Below, one piece after another: positions 60,500-64,000 of a stretch of DNA of 64,000 nt. The DNA comes from Pseudomonadota bacterium. GTDB lineage: Bacteria > Pseudomonadota > Gammaproteobacteria > Pseudomonadales > Azotimanducaceae. The notes under the pieces were generated by a model. The model was not told where the DNA came from. It saw nothing but the letters and a program-made list of their open reading frames with translations, and ran no database searches. The stretch covers positions 257,795 to 321,794 of the forward strand of contig JBCCTU010000004.1 in the NCBI GenBank assembly GCA_039198065.1, given 5' to 3'. The translations under genes and the position numbers were made by a program. Position 1 is the first letter of the stretch. Each line of letters starts with the position of its first letter.

Positions 60500-61831
60500 G
60501 TGATGGACCCCAAGTCCCGCTCGTCGTGGCCCGCGGTGATTGCGCATGCGGATCTTGATGCGTTTTACGCGTCCGCTGAGCAATTGGATAACCCGGATCT
60601 TGTAGGTAAGCCGGTGCTCGTGGGTGCCGAGAACCGGCGCGGGGTGGTGCTCACCGCGAGTTACGAAGCGCGGCCCTTTGGCGTCGGCAGTGCCATGCCC
60701 ATGATGGAAGCGCTGCGTCGCTGTCCAGCTGCGGTCGTCTGTACACCACGGTTCGAGCGCTACACAGAACTGTCGGCTGCCGTTATGGGCGTGTTCCGGG
60801 ATTTTTCGCCGTCGGTCGAGCCCATCAGCCTCGATGAAGCGTTTCTTGACATGAGCGGTACGGAACACCTGTTCGGAACTCCGGGAGAGATGGCCGAGCA
60901 GCTTCGCGCGGCCGTGCGCGAGGCAACCGGCGGGCTGACGATTTCCGTTGGGGTCTCCAGCACCAAGTACGTGGCTAAGGTTGCCAGCGGCTATCGCAAA
61001 CCCAACGGTGTGACGATCGTGCCGCCGGATCACGCGATCGACTGGCTCGCGCCGCAGCCCGTCAGTCGGCTCTGGGGCGCCGGGCCGAAAACCCAGGCAC
61101 GTATGCAGGCGGCCGGTTGGCACACCGTCGGTGACGTCGCAGCGGCCAGCGAATCGGCGCTCGTTGCAGCGTTTGGTTCCCAAGGCCTGCGTTTCAAATC
61201 CCTGGCGCAGGGGATCGATCCGCGGGAAGTTGAGCGCAGTCGCCGAGCCCGCAGCCTGTCGTCCGAGCGCACGCTGTCAGAAGACCTGGTCGACCATCGA
61301 GACATCGGCGCGCACCTGACGCAAAGTGCGGAACGGCTGGCTCGGCGTTTGCGGAACAAGGGCTGGCTTGCCGGCGGCGTGCGCCTGAAGCTGAAAGACA
61401 CGGACTTCAAGCTGCTCAGCCGGCAGACAGCCGTTGCGCCCACGAACACGGCCGCGGAGCTCGCCCACGTTGCACGAGAGCTGCTGAAACAGGTGATGCA
61501 CCCGGGGCCGTTTCGGTTGATTGGTCTTGGTGCGTACGATCTTCAGCCGGAAACGTCGGCGTCCCAGCTCGATCTGTTCGGGAGTAACGACGCAGCGGGG
61601 CAGGCTCAGGCCGACGGCAGCCGCCGGGCGGCCAAACCGGTGCGGGCGGCGGAATCCGGCCCCCATGGAGCCCGTCAGGGTGCGGCACTCGAGCGCATCA
61701 TCGATGCCCTGGACGAACGCTTTGGGGATGGCACGGTGCGCCGAGCCCGGGATCTCTCTGCCGATACGGTGCTGCGGGTCAGCCCGAACCTCGACCGGCT
61801 TACCGATTTGGACGACGACGTCGACGGCTAG
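60500..61831 (+). CDS. dinB: DNA polymerase IV (Y-family), with a C-terminal extension
   Basis: The N-terminus is IAHADLDAFYASAEQLDNPDLVGKPVLVG. SLDEAFLD is present, and a beta-clamp motif QLDLF lies at 61565-61579. GTG at 60500 or ATG at 60503 could be the start. Confidence 0.9.
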   Translation: MMDPKSRSSWPAVIAHADLDAFYASAEQLDNPDLVGKPVLVGAENRRGVVLTASYEARPFGVGSAMPMMEALRRCPAAVVCTPRFERYTELSAAVMGVFRDFSPSVEPISLDEAFLDMSGTEHLFGTPGEMAEQLRAAVREATGGLTISVGVSSTKYVAKVASGYRKPNGVTIVPPDHAIDWLAPQPVSRLWGAGPKTQARMQAAGWHTVGDVAAASESALVAAFGSQGLRFKSLAQGIDPREVERSRRARSLSSERTLSEDLVDHRDIGAHLTQSAERLARRLRNKGWLAGGVRLKLKDTDFKLLSRQTAVAPTNTAAELAHVARELLKQVMHPGPFRLIGLGAYDLQPETSASQLDLFGSNDAAGQAQADGSRRAAKPVRAAESGPHGARQGAALERIIDALDERFGDGTVRRARDLSADTVLRVSPNLDRLTDLDDDVDG

Positions 61832-61878
61832 ATGGCTCCGTTATACTCCGGCGCTTTTCACAGGTTCGGGAGTGAGTC

Positions 61879-64000
61879 ATGGCGGAAGCCGAAGATCGCA
61901 GCGGTGCCGACGCGCGCTGGTCGGAACTGGCCACGAAGGAACTCCGCGGTAAGCCGCTTGATGAGCTGACCTGGCAGAGCCCGGAAGGCATTCCGATCAA
62001 GCCGCTCTACACGGCTGAAGACCTCGAAGGAATCGAGCACCTGCACACCCTGCCGGGGATGGGGCCTTACGCCCGCGGCCCGCGCGCGACGATGTACGCG
62101 AACCGACCCTGGACCATTCGCCAGTACGCGGGGTTTTCAACCGCTGAAGAATCGAACGCCTTCTACCGACAGAACCTTGCGGCCGGTCAGAAAGGCCTGT
62201 CCGTTGCCTTTGACCTGGCGACACACCGCGGCTTCGATTCTGATCATCCGCGGGTAGCCGGCGATGTGGGTATGGCGGGGGTGGCCGTTGATTCCGTGGA
62301 GGATATGAAAATCCTCTTCGACGGCATTCCCCTGGACCAGATGTCGGTATCGATGACCATGAACGGCGCCGTGCTTCCGATTCTTGCCGGCTACGTCGTC
62401 GCCGGCGAAGAGCAGGGCGTCGCACAGGATCAACTCGCGGGAACGATTCAGAACGACATTCTGAAAGAGTTCATGGTGCGCAACACCTATATCTACCCGC
62501 CGCAACCGTCGATGCGCATCGTCGCGGACATCATCAGCTACACAGCGGACCACATGCCGCGCTTCAACTCGATCTCGATTTCCGGCTACCACATGCAGGA
62601 AGCCGGGGCGAACGCCGTGCAGGAAGTCGCCTTTACCATTGCCGATGGGCTTGAATACGTTCGCGCTGCGCTGGCCACCGGCCAGGACGTCGACAAGTTT
62701 GCCCCGCGGCTGTCGTTCTTTTTCTGCATTGGCATGAACTTCTTCATGGAAATTGCCAAGCTGCGGGCGGCGCGGATCCTCTGGCATGACCTCATGCAAC
62801 AGTTCTCACCGAAGAACCCGTCGTCGCTCATGCTGCGCACCCATTGCCAGACCTCGGGGGTTTCGCTTCAAGAACAGGATCCCTACAACAATGTGGTGCG
62901 CACGACGATTGAGGCGATGGCTGCGGTCCTCGGCGGCACGCAGTCACTGCACACCAACGCCCTGGACGAAGCGATTGCGCTACCCACGCCGTTCTCGGCG
63001 CGCATAGCCCGCAACACGCAGATCATTCTGGCGGAAGAAAGCCAGGTCACGCGCACGGTGGATCCGCTCGGCGGCAGCTACTACGTTGAGAGTCTCACGC
63101 AGTCGATCGTGACCGAAGCGCGGAAGCTGATCGATGAAGTGGAGGCCCTCGGCGGCATGACCAAGGCAGTCGTGTCGGGGATGCCGAAACAGCGCATCGA
63201 AGAAGCGGCCGCGCGTCGGCAGGCACGCATCGAGCGGGGCGAAGACACGATCGTCGGCGTTAACAAATACCGCGTTGACGAGTCAACGGACGACAGTGTG
63301 GACGTACTCGCGGTAGACAATGAAAAGGTCCGCGGGGCACAGATCCGCCGTCTTCAGGCGGTACGCAGCAGCCGTGACGATGCTGCCTGCAGCGCGGCAC
63401 TCAAGGCTCTGACGACGGCGGCGTCGGAGAACCGTGGCAACCTGTTGGAACTCGCGATCGAGGCGACGCGGAAGCGCGCGACCGTCGGCGAGATCTCCGA
63501 TGCCCTCGAAGCCGTCTACGGCCGGCACCAGGCGGTAGCCAAGCGAACCGCCGGGGTGTATCAGTCCGAGTACGGCGATTCGCCGGCGTTCAACAAGGTC
63601 CAGGACGAGATCAAAGTATTCACCGATCTCGAAGGCCGCCCGCCGAGCATCCTGGTGGTGAAGATGGGCCAGGATGGCCACGACCGCGGTGCACAGGTGA
63701 TCGCCAACGCGTTTACGGACTTTGGTTTCGACGTCAGTGTCGGACCGCTGTTCCAGACCCCGCAGGAAGCGGCGGATGCGACGGCGAGCGGTGGCGTGCA
63801 CGTGGTGGGCGTGTCGACGCTCGCCGGCGGGCACAAGTCGCTGGTTCCGGAACTCGTAAACGAACTTAAGGCTCGTGGAGCCGACGACGTGGTTGTCGTT
63901 GCGGGCGGTGTTATTCCGCAGCAGGACTATCAGTTTCTCTACGATGCCGGGGTCGATGCGATTTTCGGTCCGGGCAGCAACATTCCCGAGGCGGCGAGCA
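61879..64000 (+). CDS. Methylmalonyl-CoA mutase (large subunit with fused B12-binding domain), 3' end beyond the window
   Basis: It is not in the ORF track because no stop occurs before the window end. ATG at 61879 follows GGGAG. Manual translation gives [49 protein letters not shown]…[22 protein letters not shown]…[12 protein letters not shown]… and the B12 motif …[14 protein letters not shown]…. Confidence 0.93.
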   Translation, partial: MAEAEDRSGADARWSELATKELRGKPLDELTWQSPEGIPIKPLYTAEDLEGIEHLHTLPGMGPYARGPRATMYANRPWTIRQYAGFSTAEESNAFYRQNLAAGQKGLSVAFDLATHRGFDSDHPRVAGDVGMAGVAVDSVEDMKILFDGIPLDQMSVSMTMNGAVLPILAGYVVAGEEQGVAQDQLAGTIQNDILKEFMVRNTYIYPPQPSMRIVADIISYTADHMPRFNSISISGYHMQEAGANAVQEVAFTIADGLEYVRAALATGQDVDKFAPRLSFFFCIGMNFFMEIAKLRAARILWHDLMQQFSPKNPSSLMLRTHCQTSGVSLQEQDPYNNVVRTTIEAMAAVLGGTQSLHTNALDEAIALPTPFSARIARNTQIILAEESQVTRTVDPLGGSYYVESLTQSIVTEARKLIDEVEALGGMTKAVVSGMPKQRIEEAAARRQARIERGEDTIVGVNKYRVDESTDDSVDVLAVDNEKVRGAQIRRLQAVRSSRDDAACSAALKALTTAASENRGNLLELAIEATRKRATVGEISDALEAVYGRHQAVAKRTAGVYQSEYGDSPAFNKVQDEIKVFTDLEGRPPSILVVKMGQDGHDRGAQVIANAFTDFGFDVSVGPLFQTPQEAADATASGGVHVVGVSTLAGGHKSLVPELVNELKARGADDVVVVAGGVIPQQDYQFLYDAGVDAIFGPGSNIPEAAS

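Noticed and set aside
60320-61183. 287-aa minus-strand ORF starting near the 22-bp palindrome
   Set aside because: Antisense to dinB, with an Arg/Pro/Gly-rich product. It is a shadow ORF.

Overview
This 64-kb window comes from a high-G+C (judged by eye) Gammaproteobacteria-type chromosome. It is almost entirely housekeeping core, in synteny blocks familiar from E. coli and Pseudomonas: pepA-holC-valS divergent from lptF-lptG, queA-tgt-yajC-secD-secF, suhB divergent from trmJ-iscR-iscS, ndk-rlmN-pilW-rodZ-hisS-yfgM-bamB-der, xseA divergent from guaB-guaA, and tadA-purL. Other content: a thiolase-like/FadB-like beta-oxidation pair; an OmpR-type two-component system; an NCS1 permease + hydantoinase-like + DUF917 cluster; an orphan Rieske oxygenase; dps; a dipeptide epimerase; dinB; and a methylmalonyl-CoA mutase that runs off the 3' edge and so is absent from the ORF track. 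There is one tRNA (Leu-CAA). I found no rRNA, CRISPR array, or recognisable defence, secretion or toxin-antitoxin system. I did not find a convincing large novel multi-gene system. The items most worth a second look are: (1) a molybdoenzyme gene with two in-frame stops and no frameshift, whose TGA sits exactly on the fourth Fe-S cysteine; (2) a ~2.5-kb lower-G+C islet (integrase remnant, marR, mipA) bounded by the intact tRNA-Leu and a 40-bp copy of the tRNA 5' half, the reverse of the usual 3'-end duplication; (3) a three-gene operon behind a CsoR-type palindrome encoding a glutaredoxin-MauE fusion, a C-H-C CsoR-family sensor and an exported FGE-like protein, convergent with an exported SAM methyltransferase; (4) an in-frame GDGEK minisatellite inside hisS; (5) a signal-peptide protein with an extreme Arg/Asp/Glu repeat tail; and (6) a perfect 22-bp palindrome upstream of dinB. 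Many long ORFs in the track are antisense shadows typical of GC-rich DNA and were not called. All calls come from manual reading and remembered family motifs. Start codons are best guesses, and no statistics or database searches were run.
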